Part shown: piece by piece, positions 15,001-30,000 of the stretch
Position numbering within the stretch: the stretch's first letter is position 1
Layout: the number at the start of each line of letters is the position of its first letter
DNA from: Balanoglossus misakiensis
Lineage: Eukaryota; Animalia; Hemichordata
Length of the DNA stretch: 64,000 nt
Assembly: GCA_040954595.2 (NCBI GenBank)
Contig: CM082590.2
Location: 2,418,001-2,482,000 of the forward strand
Direction of reading: 5' to 3'
Program-made: the position numbers and the translations under genes
Notes under the pieces: generated by a model
What the model was told of the DNA's origin: nothing
Database searches by the model: none
Seen by the model: the letters and a program-made list of their open reading frames with translations, nothing else

Positions 15001-18000
15001 TTTACCGAATTCTGTTGTGAGGCGCAGAGCACGTAATAGGCCTATGCGCATAAGAAAGTTTTCCACCAGACTCTGTAGATCGACGGATAGTTGTAAAATT
15101 TCCATGGTTGCTTCCAAACAGCCTCGTTTATTTACCGATTTCTGTTGTGATGCGCAGAACACATAGATAGGCATATGTGCATAATAAAGTTTTCCACTAG
15201 ACTCTGTAGATCGAGAGATAGTTCTAAAATTTCCATGGTTGCTTCCAAACACAGCCTCGTTTGTTTACAAAATTCTGTTGTGAAGCGCAGAACACATATA
15301 TAGGCCTATGCGCATAATAACGTTTTCCACTAGACTCTGTAGATCGACGGATAGTTGTAAAATTTCCATGGTTGCTTCCAAACAGCCTCGTTTATTTACC
15401 GAATTCTGTTGTGAGGCGCAGAACACATAGATAGGCATATGTGCATAAGAAAGTTTTCCACTATAGACTCTGTAGATCGAGAGATAGTTCTAAAATGTCC
15501 ATGGTTGCTTCCAAACACAGCCTCGTTTATTTACCGATTTCTGTTGTGATGCGCATAACACATAGATAGGCCTATGCGCATAAGAACGTTTTCCACTAGA
15601 CTCTGTAGATCGACGGATAGTTGTACAATTTCCATGGTTGCTTCCAAACAGCATCGTTTATTTACCGAATTCTGTTGTGAGGCGCAGAACACGTAATAGG
15701 TCTATGCGCATAAGGAAGTTTTCCACCAGACTCTGTAGATCGACGGATAGTTGTAAAATTTCAAGATTGCTTCCAAATACAGCCTCGTTTATTTACCGAT
15801 TTCTGTTGTGATGCGCGTAGATAGGCCTATGCGCATAAGAACGTTTTCCACTAGACTATGTAGATCGACGGATAGTTGTACAATTTCCATGGTTGCTTCC
15901 AAACAGCCTCGTTTATTTACCGATTTCTGTTGTGAGGCGCAGAACACATGATAGGCCTATGCGCATAAGACATTTTTCCACTAGACTCTGTAGATCGACG
16001 GATAGTTCTAAAATTTCCATGGTTGCTTCCAAACAGCCTCGTTTATTTACCGAATTCTGTTGTGAGGCGCAGAGCACGTAATAGGCCTATGCGCATAAGA
16101 AAGTTTTCCACCAGACTCCTTAGATCGACGGATAGTTGTAAAATTTCCATGGTTGTTTCCAAACACAGCCTCGTTCATTTATAAAATTCTGTTGTGATGC
16201 GCTGAACACATACATATGCCTATACGCATAAGAAAGTTTCCCACTAGACTCTGTAGATCGACGGATAGTTCTAAAATTTCCATGATTGCTTCCAAACACA
16301 TCCTCGATTGTTTACAAAATTCTGTTGTGATGCGCAGAACACATATATAGGCCTATGCGCATATGAATGTTTTCCACTATACTCCGTAGATCGACAGATA
16401 GTTCTAAAATTTCCATTGTTGCTTCCAAACAAAGCCTCGTTTGTTTACAAAATTCTGTTGTGATGTGCATAACACATGATAGGCCTATGTGCACATGAAC
16501 GTTTTTCCACTAGACTCTGTAGATCGACGGATAGTTCTAAAATTTACATGGTTGCTTCCAAACAGCCTCGTTTATTTACCGATTTCTGTTGTGAGGCGCA
16601 GAACACGTAATAGGCCTATGCGCATAAGAATGTTTTCCACCAGACTCTGTAGATCGACGGATAGTTGTAAAATTTACATGGTTGCTTCCAAATACAGCCT
16701 CGTTTATTTACCGATTTCTGTTGTGATGCGCATAATACATAGATAGGCCTATGTGCATAATAAAGTTTTCCACTAGACTCTGTAGATCGAGAGATAGTTC
16801 TAAAATTTCCATGGTTGTTTCCAAACACAGCCTCGTTCATTTACAAAATTCTGTTGTGATGCGCTGAACACATACATATGCCTATGCGCATAAGAAAGTT
16901 TCCCACTAGACTCTGTAGATCGACGGATAGTTGTACAATTTCCATGGTTGCTTCCAAACAGCATCGTTTATTTACCGAATTCTGTTGTGAGGCGCAGAAC
17001 ACGTAATAGGTCTATGCGCATAAGGAAGTTTTCCACCAGACTCTGTAGATCGACGGATAGTTGTAAAATTTCAAGATTGCTTCCAAATACAGCCTCGTTT
17101 ATTTACCGATTTCTGTTGTGATGCGCGTAGATAGGCCTATGCGCATAAGAACGTTTTCCACTAGACTATGTAGATCGACGGATAGTTGTACAATTTCCAT
17201 GGTTGCTTCCAAACAGCCTCGTTTATTTACCGATTTCTGTTGTGAGGCGCAGAACACATGATAGGCCTATGCGCATAAGACATTTTTCCACTAGACTCTG
17301 TAGATCGACGGATAGTTCTAAAATTTCCATGGTTGCTTCCAAACAGCCTCGTTTATTTACCGAATTCTGTTGTGAGGCGCAGAGCACGTAATAGGCCTAT
17401 GCGCATAAGAAAGTTTTCCACCAGACTCCTTAGATCGATGGATAGTTGTAAAATTTCCATGGTTGTTTCCAAACACAGCCTCGTTCATTTATAAAATTCT
17501 GTTGTGATGTGCTGAACACATACATATGCCTATGCGCATAAGAAAGTTTCCCACTAGACTCTGTAGATCGACGGATAGTTCTAAAATTTCCATGATTGCT
17601 TCCAAACACATCCTCGATTGTTTACAAAATTCTGTTGTGATGCGCAGAACACATATATAGGCCTATGCGCATATGAATGTTTTCCACTATACTCCGTAGA
17701 TCGACAGATAGTTCTAAAATTTCCATTGTTGCTTCCAAACAAAGCCTCGTTTGTTTACAAAATTCTGTTGTGATGTGCATAACACATGATAGGCCTATGT
17801 GCACATGAACGTTTTTCCACTAGACTCTGTAGATCGACGGATAGTTCTAAAATTTACATGGTTGCTTCCAAACAGCCTCGTTTATTTACCGATTTCTGTT
17901 GTGAGGCGCAGAACACGTAATAGGCCTATGCGCATAAGAATGTTTTCCACCAGACTCTGTAGATCGACGGATAGTTGTAAAATTTACATGGTTGCTTCCA

Positions 18001-21000
18001 AATACAGCCTCGTTTATTTACCGATTTCTGTTGTGATGCGCATAATACATAGATAGGCCTATGTGCATAATAAAGTTTTCCACTAGACTCTGTAGATCGA
18101 GAGATAGTTCTAAAATTTCAATGGTTGTTTCCAAACACAGCCTCGTTCATTTACAAAATTCTGTTGTGATGCGCTGAACACATACATATGCCTATGCGCA
18201 TAAGAAAGTTTCCCACTAGACTCTGTAGATCGACGGATAGTTCTAAAATTTCCATGATTGCTTCCAAACACATCCTCGATTATTTACAAAATTCTGTTGT
18301 GATGCGCAGAACACATATATAGGCCTATGCGCATATGAACGTTTTCCACTATACTCCGTAGATCGACGGATAGTTCTAAAATTTCCATTGTTGCTTCCAA
18401 ACAGCCTCGTTTATTTACCGAATTCTGTTGTGAGGCGCAGAACACGTAATAGGCCTATGCGCATAAGAAACTTTTCAACTTTAGATCGAGAGATAGTTCT
18501 AAAATTTCCATGGTTGTTTCCAAACACAGCCTCGTTCATTTACAAAATTCTGTTGTGATGCGCTGAACACATACATATGCCTATGCGCATAAGAAAGTTT
18601 CCCACTAGACTCTGTAGATCGACGGATAGTTCTAAAATTTCCATGATTGCTTCCAAACACATCCTCGATTGTTTACAAAATTCTGTTGTGATGCGCAGAA
18701 CACATATATAGGCCTATGCGCATATGAACGTTTTCCACTATACTCCGTAGATCGACGGATAGTTGTACAATTTCCATGGTTGCTTCCAAACAGCATCGTT
18801 TATTTACCGAATTCTGTTGTGAGGCGCAGAGCACGTAATAGGCCTATGCGCATAAGAAAGTTTTCCACCAGACTCCTTAGATCGATGGATAGTTGTAAAA
18901 TTTCCATGGTTGTTTCCAAACACAGCCTCGTTCATTTATAAAATTCTGTTGTGATGCGCTGAACACATACATATGCCTATGCGCATAAGAAAGTTTCCCA
19001 CTAGACTCTGTAGATCGACAGATAGTTCTAAAATTTCCAATGTTGCTTCCAAACAAAGCCTCGTTTGTTTACAAAATTATGTTGTGATGTGCATAACACA
19101 TGATAGCATATGCGCATATGAACGTTTTCCACTATACTGTGTAGATCGAGAGATAGTTCTAAAATTTCCACGGTTGCTTCCAAACAAAGCCTCGTTTGTT
19201 TACAAAATTCTGTTGTGATGCGCAGAACACATATATTGGCCTATGCGCATATGAACGTTTTCCACTAGACTCTGTATATCGACGGATAGTTGTAAAATTT
19301 CCATGGTTGCTTCCAAACAGCCTCGTTTATTTACCGAATTCTGTTGTGAGGCGCAGAACACATAGATAGGCATATGTGCATAAGAAAGTTTTCCACTATA
19401 GACTCTGTAGATCGAGAGATAGTTCTAAAATGTCCATGGTTGCTACCAAACACAGCCTCGTTTGTTTACAAAATTCTGTTGTGATGCGCAGAACACATAT
19501 ATAGGCCTATGCGCATAAGAACGTTTCCACTAGACTCTGTAGATCGACGGATAGCTGTAAAATTTCCATGGTTGCTTCCAAACAGCCTCGTTTATTTACC
19601 GATTTCTGTTGTGATGCGCAGAACACATAGATAGGCATATGTGCATAATAAAGTTTTCCACTAGACTCTGTAGATCGAGAGATAGTTCTAAAATTTCCAT
19701 GGTTGCTTCCAAACACAGCCTCGTTTGTTTACAAAATTCTGTTGTGATGCGCAGAACACATATATAGGCCTATGCGCATAATAACGTTTTCCACTAGACT
19801 CTGTAGATCGACGGATAGTTGTAAAATTTCCATGGTTGCTTCCAAACAGCCTCGTTTATTTACCGAATTCTGTTGTGAGGCGCAGAACACATAGATAGGC
19901 ATATGTGCATAAGAAAGTTTTCCACTATAGACTCTGTAGATCGAGAGATAGTTCTAAAATGTCCATGGTTGCTACCAAACACAGCCTCGTTTGTTTACAA
20001 AATTCTGTTGTGATGCGCAGAACACATATATAGGCCTATGCGCATAAGAACGTTTCCACTAGACTCTGTAGATCGACGGATAGCTGTAAAATTTCCATGG
20101 TTGCTTCCAAACAGCCTCGTTTATTTACCGATTTCTGTTGTGAGGCGCAGAACACATGATAGGCCTATGCGCATGAGACATTTTTCCACTAGACTCTGTA
20201 GATCGACGGATAGTTGTAAAATTTCATGGTTGCTTCCAAATACAGCCTCGTTTATTTAGCGATTTCTGTTGTGATGCGCATAACACATAGATAGGCCTAT
20301 GCGCATAAGAACGTTTTCCACTAGACTTTGTAGATCGACGGATAGTTGTACAATGTCCATGGTTGCTTCCACACAGCCTCGTTTATTTACCGAATTCTGT
20401 TGTGAGGCGCAGAACACGTAATAGGTCTATGCGCATAAGGAAGTTTTCCACCAGACTCTGTAGATCGACGGATAGTTGTACAATTTCCATGGTTGCTTCC
20501 AAACAGCCTCGTTTATTTACCGATTTCTGTTGTGAGGCACAGAACACATGATAGGCCTATGCGCATAAGACATTTTTCCACTAGACTCTGTAGATCGACG
20601 GATAGTTCTAAAATTTCCATGGTTGCTTCCAAACAGCCTCGTTTATTTACCGAATTCTGTTGTGAGGCGCAGAGCACGTAATAGGCCTATGCGCATAAGA
20701 AAGTTTTCCACCAGACTCTGTAGATCGACGGATAGTTGTACAATTTCCATGGTTGCTTCCAAACAGCCTCGTTTATTTACCGATTTCTGTTGTGATGCGC
20801 AGAACACATAGATAGGCATATGTGCATAATAAAGTTTTCCACTAGACTCTGTAGATCGAGAGATAGTTCTAAAATTTCCATGGTTGCTTCCAAACACAGC
20901 CTCGTTTGTTTACAAAATTCTGTTGTGATGCGCAGAACACATATATAGGCCTATGCGCATAATAACGTTTTCCACTAGACTCTGTAGATCGACGGATAGT

Positions 21001-24000
21001 TGTAAAATTTCCATGGTTGCTTCCAAACAGCCTCGTTTATTTACCGAATTCTGTTGTGAGGCGCAGAACACATAGATAGGCATATGTGCATAAGAAAGTT
21101 TTCCACTATAGACTCTGTAGATCGAGAGATAGTTCTAAAATGTCCATGGTTGCTTCCAAACACAGCCTCGTTTGTTTACAAAATTCTGTTGTGATACGCA
21201 GAACACATATATAGGCCTATGCGCATAAGAACGTTTCCACTAGACTCTGTAGATCGACGGATAGCTGTAAAATTTCCATGGTTGCTTTTAAACAGCCTCG
21301 CTTATTTACCGATTTCTGTTGTGAGGCGCAGAACACATAGATAGGCCTATGTGCATAAGAAAGTTTTCCACTATAGACTCTGTAGATCGAGAGATAGTTC
21401 TAAAATGTCCATGGTTGCTTCCAAACACAGCCTCGTTTATTTACCGATTTCTGTTGTGATGCGCATAACACATAGATAGGCCTATGCGCAAATGAACGTT
21501 TTCCACTATACTCTGTAGATCAAGAGATAGTTCTAAAATTTCCATGGTTGCTTCCAAACTCCGCTTCGTTTGATTACAAAATTCTGTTGTGATGCGCATA
21601 ACACATAGATAGGCCTATGCGCATATGAACGTTTTCCACTATACTCTGTAGATCGACAGATAGTTCTAAAATTTCCATGTTTGCTTCCAAACAGCCTCGT
21701 TTATTTACGGAATTCTGTTGTGAGGCGCATAACACATAGATAGGCCTATGCGCATATGAAAGTTTTCCACTATACTCTGTAGATCGAGAGATAGTTCTAA
21801 AATTTCCACGGTTGCTTCCAAACAGCCTCGTTTATTTACGGAATTCTGTTGTGAGGCGCAGAACACATGATAGGCCTATGCGCATAAGACATTTTTCCAA
21901 TAGACTCTGTAGATCGACGGATAGTTCTAAAATTTCCATGGTTGCTTCCAAACAGCCTCGTTTATTTACCGAATTCTGTTGTTAGGCGCAGAACACGTAA
22001 TAGGCCTATGCGCATAAGAAAGTTTTCCACCAGACTCTGTAGATCGACGGATAGTTGTAAAATTTACATGGTTGCTTCCAAATACAGCCTCGTTTATTTA
22101 GCGGTTTCTGTTGTGATGCGCATAATACATAGATAGGCCTATGCGCATAAGAACGTTTTCGACTAGACTCTGTAGATCGACGGATAGTTCTAAAATTTCC
22201 ATGGTTGCTTCCAAACAGCCTCGTTTATTTACCGAATTCTGTTGTGAGGCGCAGAACACGTAATAGGCCTATGCGCATAAGAAACTTTTCCACCAGACTC
22301 TGTAGATCGACGGATAGTTGTAAAATTTCCATGGTTGTTTCCAAACAGCCTCGTTTATTTACCGAATTCTGTTGTGATGCGTAGAACACATACATATGCC
22401 TTTGCGCATAAGAAAGTTTTCCACCAGACTCTGTAGATCGACGGATAGTTGTAAAATTTACATGGTTGCTTCCAAATACAGCCTCGTTTATTTAGCGGTT
22501 TCTGTTGTGATGCGCATAATACATAGATAGGCCTATGCGCATAAGAACGTTTTCGACTAGACTCTGTAGATCGACGGATAGTTCTAAAATTTCCATGGTT
22601 GCTTCCAAACAGCCTCGTTTATTTACCGAATTCTGTTGTGAGGCGCAGAACACGTAATAGGCCTATGCGCAAAAGAAACTTTTCCACCAGACTCTGTAGA
22701 TCGACGGATAGTTGTAAAATTTCCATGGTTGTTTCCAAACAGCCTCGTTTAATTACTGAATTCTGTTGTGATGCGTAGAACACATACATATGCCTTTGCG
22801 CATAAGAAATTTTTCTACTAGACTCCGTAGATCGACGGATAGTTCTAAAATTTCCATGGTTGTTTCCAAACAAAGCATCGTTTGTTTACAAAATTCTGTT
22901 GTGATGCGCAGAACACATAGAGAGGCCTATGCGCATAAGAAAGTTTTCCACTAGACTCTGTATATCGACGGATAGTTCTAAAATTTCCATGGTTGCTTCC
23001 AAACACATCCTCGTTTGTTTACAAAATTATGTTGTGATGCGCATAATACATAGATAGGCCTATGCGCATAAGAACGTTTTCCAGTAGACTCTGTAGATCG
23101 ACGGATAGTTCTAAAATTTCCATGGTTGCTTCCAAACAGCCTCGTTTATTTACCGAATTCTGTTGTGATGCGTAGAATACATACATATGCCTATGCGCAT
23201 AAGAAATTTTACCACTAGACTCCGTAGATCGACGGATAGTTCTAAAATTTCCATGGTTGCTTCCAAACAAAGCATCGTTTGTTTACAAAATTCTGTTGTG
23301 ATGCGCAGAACACATAGATAGGCCTATGCGCATATGAACGTTTTCCACTATACTCTGTAGATCGACGGATAGTTCTAAAATTTCCATGGTTGCTTCCAAA
23401 CAGCCTCGTTTATTTACAGAATTCTGTTGTGAGACGCAGAACACATACATATGCCTATGCGCATAAGAAATTTTTCCACTAGACTCCGTAGATCGACGGA
23501 TAGTTGTAAAATTTACATGGTTGCTTCCAAATACAGCCTCGTTTATTAAGCGATTTCTGTTGTGATGCGCATAATACATAGATAGGCCTATGCGCATAAG
23601 AACGTTTTTCACTAGACTCTGTAGATCGACGGATAGTTCTAAAATTTCCATGGTTGCTTCCAAACAGCCTCGTTTATTTACCGAATTCTGTTGTGAGGCG
23701 CAGAACACGTAATAGGCCTATGCGCATAAGAGACTTTTCCACCAGACTCTGTAGATCGACGGATAGTTGTAAAATTTCCATGGTTGTTTCCAAACAGCCT
23801 CGTTTATTTACCGAATTCTGTTGTGATGCGTAGAACACATACATATGCCTTTGCGCATAAGAAAGTTTTCCACCAGACTCTGTAGATCGACGGATAGTTG
23901 TAAAATTTACATGGTTGCTTCCAAATACAGCCTCGTTTATTTAGCGGTTTCTGTTGTGATGCGCATAATACATAGATAGGCCTATGCGCATAAGAACGTT

Positions 24001-27000
24001 TTCGACTAGACTCTGTAGATCGACGGATAGTTCTAAAATTTCCATGGTTGCTTCCAAACAGCCTCGTTTATTTACCGAATTCTGTTGTGAGGCGCAGAAC
24101 ACGTAATAGGCCTATGCGCAAAAGAAACTTTTCCACCAGACTCTGTAGATCGACGGATAGTTGTAAAATTTCCATGGTTGTTTCCAAACAGCCTCGTTTA
24201 ATTACTGAATTCTGTTGTGATGCGTAGAACACATACATATGCCTTTGCGCATAAGAAATTTTTCTACTAGACTCCGTAGATCGACGGATAGTTCTAAAAT
24301 TTCCATGGTTGTTTCCAAACAAAGCATCGTTTGTTTACAAAATTCTGTTGTGATGCGCAGAACACATAGAGAGGCCTATGCGCATAAGAAAGTTTTCCAC
24401 TAGACTCTGTATATCGACGGATAGTTCTAAAATTTCCATGGTTGCTTCCAAACACATCCTCGTTTGTTTACAAAATTATGTTGTGATGCGCATAATACAT
24501 AGATAGGCCTATGCGCATAAGAACGTTTTCCAGTAGACTCTGTAGATCGACGGATAGTTCTAAAATTTCCATGGTTGCTTCCAAACAGCCTCGTTTATTT
24601 ACCGAATTCTGTTGTGATGCGTAGAATACATACATATGCCTATGCGCATAAGAAATTTTACCACTAGACTCCGTAGATCGACGGATAGTTCTAAAATTTC
24701 CATGGTTGCTTCCAAACAAAGCATCGTTTGTTTACAAAATTCTGTTGTGATGCGCAGAACACATAGATAGGCCTATGCGCATATGAACGTTTTCCACTAT
24801 ACTCTGTAGATCGACGGATAGTTCTAAAATTTCCATGGTTGCTTCCAAACAGCCTCGTTTATTTACAGAATTCTGTTGTGAGACGCAGAACACATACATA
24901 TGCCTATGCGCATAAGAAATTTTTCCACTAGACTCCGTAGATCGACGGATAGTTGTAAAATTTACATGGTTGCTTCCAAATACAGCCTCGTTTATTAAGC
25001 GATTTCTGTTGTGATGCGCATAATACATAGATAGGCCTATGCGCATAAGAACGTTTTTCACTAGACTCTGTAGATCGACGGATAGTTCTAAAATTTCCAT
25101 GGTTGCTTCCAAACAGCCTCGTTTATTTACCGAATTCTGTTGTGAGGCGCAGAACACGTAATAGGCCTATGCGCATAAGAGACTTTTCCACCAGACTCTG
25201 TAGATCGACGGATAGTTGTAAAATTTCCATGGTTGTTTCCAAACAGCCTCGTTTATTTACCGAATTCTGTTGTGAGGCGCAGAACACATAGATAGGCATA
25301 TGTGCATAAGAAAGTTTTCCACTATAGACTCTGTAGATCGAGAGATAGTTCTAAAATGTCCATGGTTGCTACCAAACACAGCCTCGTTTGTTTACAAAAT
25401 TCTGTTGTGATGCGCAGAACACATATATAGGCCTATGCGCATAAGAACGTTTCCACTAGACTCTGTAGATCGACGGATAGCTGTAAAATTTCCATGGTTG
25501 CTTCCAAACAGCCTCGTTTATTTACCGATTTCTGTTGTGATGCGCAGAACACATAGATAGGCATATGTGCATAATAAAGTTTTCCACTAGACTCTGTAGA
25601 TCGAGAGATAGTTCTAAAATTTCCATGGTTGCTTCCAAACACAGCCTCGTTTGTTTACAAAATTCTGTTGTGATGCGCAGAACACATATATAGGCCTATG
25701 CGCATAATAACGTTTTCCACTAGACTCTGTAGATCGACGGATAGTTGTAAAATTTCCATGGTTGCTTCCAAACAGCCTCGTTTATTTACCGAATTCTGTT
25801 GTGAGGCGCAGAACACATAGATAGGCATATGTGCATAAGAAAGTTTTCCACTATAGACTCTGTAGATCGAGAGATAGTTCTAAAATGTCCATGGTTGCTA
25901 CCAAACACAGCCTCGTTTGTTTACAAAATTCTGTTGTGATGCGCAGAACACATATATAGGCCTATGCGCATAAGAACGTTTCCACTAGACTCTGTAGATC
26001 GACGGATAGCTGTAAAATTTCCATGGTTGCTTCCAAACAGCCTCGTTTATTTACCGATTTCTGTTGTGAGGCGCAGAACACATGATAGGCCTATGCGCAT
26101 GAGACATTTTTCCACTAGACTCTGTAGATCGACGGATAGTTGTAAAATTTCATGGTTGCTTCCAAATACAGCCTCGTTTATTTAGCGATTTCTGTTGTGA
26201 TGCGCATAACACATAGATAGGCCTATGCGCATAAGAACGTTTTCCACTAGACTTTGTAGATCGACGGATAGTTGTACAATGTCCATGGTTGCTTCCACAC
26301 AGCCTCGTTTATTTACCGAATTCTGTTGTGAGGCGCAGAACACGTAATAGGTCTATGCGCATAAGGAAGTTTTCCACCAGACTCTGTAGATCGACGGATA
26401 GTTGTACAATTTCCATGGTTGCTTCCAAACAGCCTCGTTTATTTACCGATTTCTGTTGTGAGGCACAGAACACATGATAGGCCTATGCGCATAAGACATT
26501 TTTCCACTAGACTCTGTAGATCGACGGATAGTTCTAAAATTTCCATGGTTGCTTCCAAACAGCCTCGTTTATTTACCGAATTCTGTTGTGAGGCGCAGAG
26601 CACGTAATAGGCCTATGCGCATAAGAAAGTTTTCCACCAGACTCTGTAGATCGACGGATAGTTGTACAATTTCCATGGTTGCTTCCAAACAGCCTCGTTT
26701 ATTTACCGATTTCTGTTGTGATGCGCAGAACACATAGATAGGCATATGTGCATAATAAAGTTTTCCACTAGACTCTGTAGATCGAGAGATAGTTCTAAAA
26801 TTTCCATGGTTGCTTCCAAACACAGCCTCGTTTGTTTACAAAATTCTGTTGTGATGCGCAGAACACATATATAGGCCTATGCGCATAATAACGTTTTCCA
26901 CTAGACTCTGTAGATCGACGGATAGTTGTAAAATTTCCATGGTTGCTTCCAAACAGCCTCGTTTATTTACCGAATTCTGTTGTGAGGCGCAGAACACATA

Positions 27001-30000
27001 GATAGGCATATGTGCATAAGAAAGTTTTCCACTATAGACTCTGTAGATCGAGAGATAGTTCTAAAATGTCCATGGTTGCTTCCAAACACAGCCTCGTTTG
27101 TTTACAAAATTCTGTTGTGATACGCAGAACACATATATAGGCCTATGCGCATAAGAACGTTTCCACTAGACTCTGTAGATCGACGGATAGCTGTAAAATT
27201 TCCATGGTTGCTTTTAAACAGCCTCGCTTATTTACCGATTTCTGTTGTGAGGCGCAGAACACATAGATAGGCCTATGTGCATAAGAAAGTTTTCCACTAT
27301 AGACTCTGTAGATCGAGAGATAGTTCTAAAATGTCCATGGTTGCTTCCAAACACAGCCTCGTTTATTTACCGATTTCTGTTCTGATGCGCATAACACATA
27401 GATAGGCCTATGCGCAAATGAACGTTTTCCACTATACTCTGTAGATCAAGAGATAGTTCTAAAATTTCCATGGTTGCTTCCAAACTCCGCTTCGTTTGAT
27501 TACAAAATTCTGTTGTGATGCGCATAACACATAGATAGGCCTATGCGCATATGAACGTTTTCCACTATACTCTGTAGATCGACAGATAGTTCTAAAATTT
27601 CCATGTTTGCTTCCAAACAGCCTCGTTTATTTACGGAATTCTGTTGTGAGGCGCATAACACATAGATAGGCCTATGCGCATATGACAGTTTTCCACTATA
27701 CTCTGTAGATCGAGAGATAGTTCTAAAATTTCCACGGTTGCTTCCAAACAGCCTCGTTTATTTACGGAATTCTGTTGTGAGGCGCAGAACACATGATAGG
27801 CCTATGCGCATAAGACATTTTTCCAATAGACTCTGTAGATCGACGGATAGTTCTAAAATTTCCATGGTTGCTTCCAAACAGCCTCGTTTATTTACCGAAT
27901 TCTGTTGTTAGGCGCAGAACACGTAATAGGCCTATGCGCATAAGAAAGTTTTCCACCAGACTCTGTAGATCGACGGATAGTTGTAAAATTTACATGGTTG
28001 CTTCCAAATACAGCCTCGTTTATTTAGCGGTTTCTGTTGTGATGCGCATAATACATAGATAGGCCTATGCGCATAAGAACGTTTTCGACTAGACTCTGTA
28101 GATCGACGGATAGTTCTAAAATTTCCATGGTTGCTTCCAAACAGCCTCGTTTATTTACCGAATTCTGTTGTGAGGCGCAGAACACGTAATAGGCCTATGC
28201 GCATAAGAAACTTTTCCACCAGACTCTGTAGATCGACGGATAGTTGTAAAATTTCCATGGTTGTTTCCAAACAGCCTCGTTTATTTACCGAATTCTGTTG
28301 TGATGCGTAGAACACATACATATGCCTTTGCGCATAAGAAAGTTTTCCACCAGACTCTGTAGATCGACGGATAGTTGTAAAATTTACATGGTTGCTTCCA
28401 AATACAGCCTCGTTTATTTAGCGGTTTCTGTTGTGATGCGCATAATACATAGATAGGCCTATGCGCATAAGAACGTTTTCGACTAGACTCTGTAGATCGA
28501 CGGATAGTTCTAAAATTTCCATGGTTGCTTCCAAACAGCCTCGTTTATTTACCGAATTCTGTTGTGAGGCGCAGAACACGTAATAGGCCTATGCGCAAAA
28601 GAAACTTTTCCACCAGACTCTGTAGATCGACGGATAGTTGTAAAATTTCCATGGTTGTTTCCAAACAGCCTCGTTTAATTACTGAATTCTGTTGTGATGC
28701 GTAGAACACATACATATGCCTTTGCGCATAAGAAATTTTTCTACTAGACTCCGTAGATCGACGGATAGTTCTAAAATTTCCATGGTTGTTTCCAAACAAA
28801 GCATCGTTTGTTTACAAAATTCTGTTGTGATGCGCAGAACACATAGAGAGGCCTATGCGCATAAGAAAGTTTTCCACTAGACTCTGTATATCGACGGATA
28901 GTTCTAAAATTTCCATGGTTGCTTCCAAACACATCCTCGTTTGTTTACAAAATTATGTTGTGATGCGCATAATACATAGATAGGCCTATGCGCATAAGAA
29001 CGTTTTCCAGTAGACTCTGTAGATCGACGGATAGTTCTAAAATTTCCATGGTTGCTTCCAAACAGCCTCGTTTATTTACCGAATTCTGTTGTGATGCGTA
29101 GAATACATACATATGCCTATGCGCATAAGAAATTTTACCACTAGACTCCGTAGATCGACGGATAGTTCTAAAATTTCCATGGTTGCTTCCAAACAAAGCA
29201 TCGTTTGTTTACAAAATTCTGTTGTGATGCGCAGAACACATAGATAGGCCTATGCGCATATGAACGTTTTCCACTATACTCTGTAGATCGACGGATAGTT
29301 CTAAAATTTCCATGGTTGCTTCCAAACAGCCTCGTTTATTTACAGAATTCTGTTGTGAGACGCAGAACACATACATATGCCTATGCGCATAAGAAATTTT
29401 TCCACTAGACTCCGTAGATCGACGGATAGTTGTAAAATTTACATGGTTGCTTCCAAATACAGCCTCGTTTATTAAGCGATTTCTGTTGTGATGCGCATAA
29501 TACATAGATAGGCCTATGCGCATAAGAACGTTTTTCACTAGACTCTGTAGATCGACGGATAGTTCTAAAATTTCCATGGTTGCTTCCAAACAGCCTCGTT
29601 TATTTACCGAATTCTGTTGTGAGGCGCAGAACACGTAATAGGCCTATGCGCATAAGAGACTTTTCCACCAGACTCTGTAGATCGACGGATAGTTGTAAAA
29701 TTTCCATGGTTGTTTCCAAACAGCCTCGTTTATTTACCGAATTCTGTTGTGATGCGTAGAACACATACATATGCCTATGCGCATAAGAAAGTTTTCCACT
29801 AGACTCCGTAGATCGACGGATAGTTCTAAAATTTCCATGGTTGCTTCCAAACAAAGCATCGTTTGTTTACAAAATTCTGTTGTGATGCGCAGAACACATA
29901 GAGAGGCCTATGCGCATATGAACGTTTTCCACTAGACTCTGTATATCGACGGATAGTTCTAAAATTTCCATGGTTGCTTCCAAACACATCCTCGTTTGTT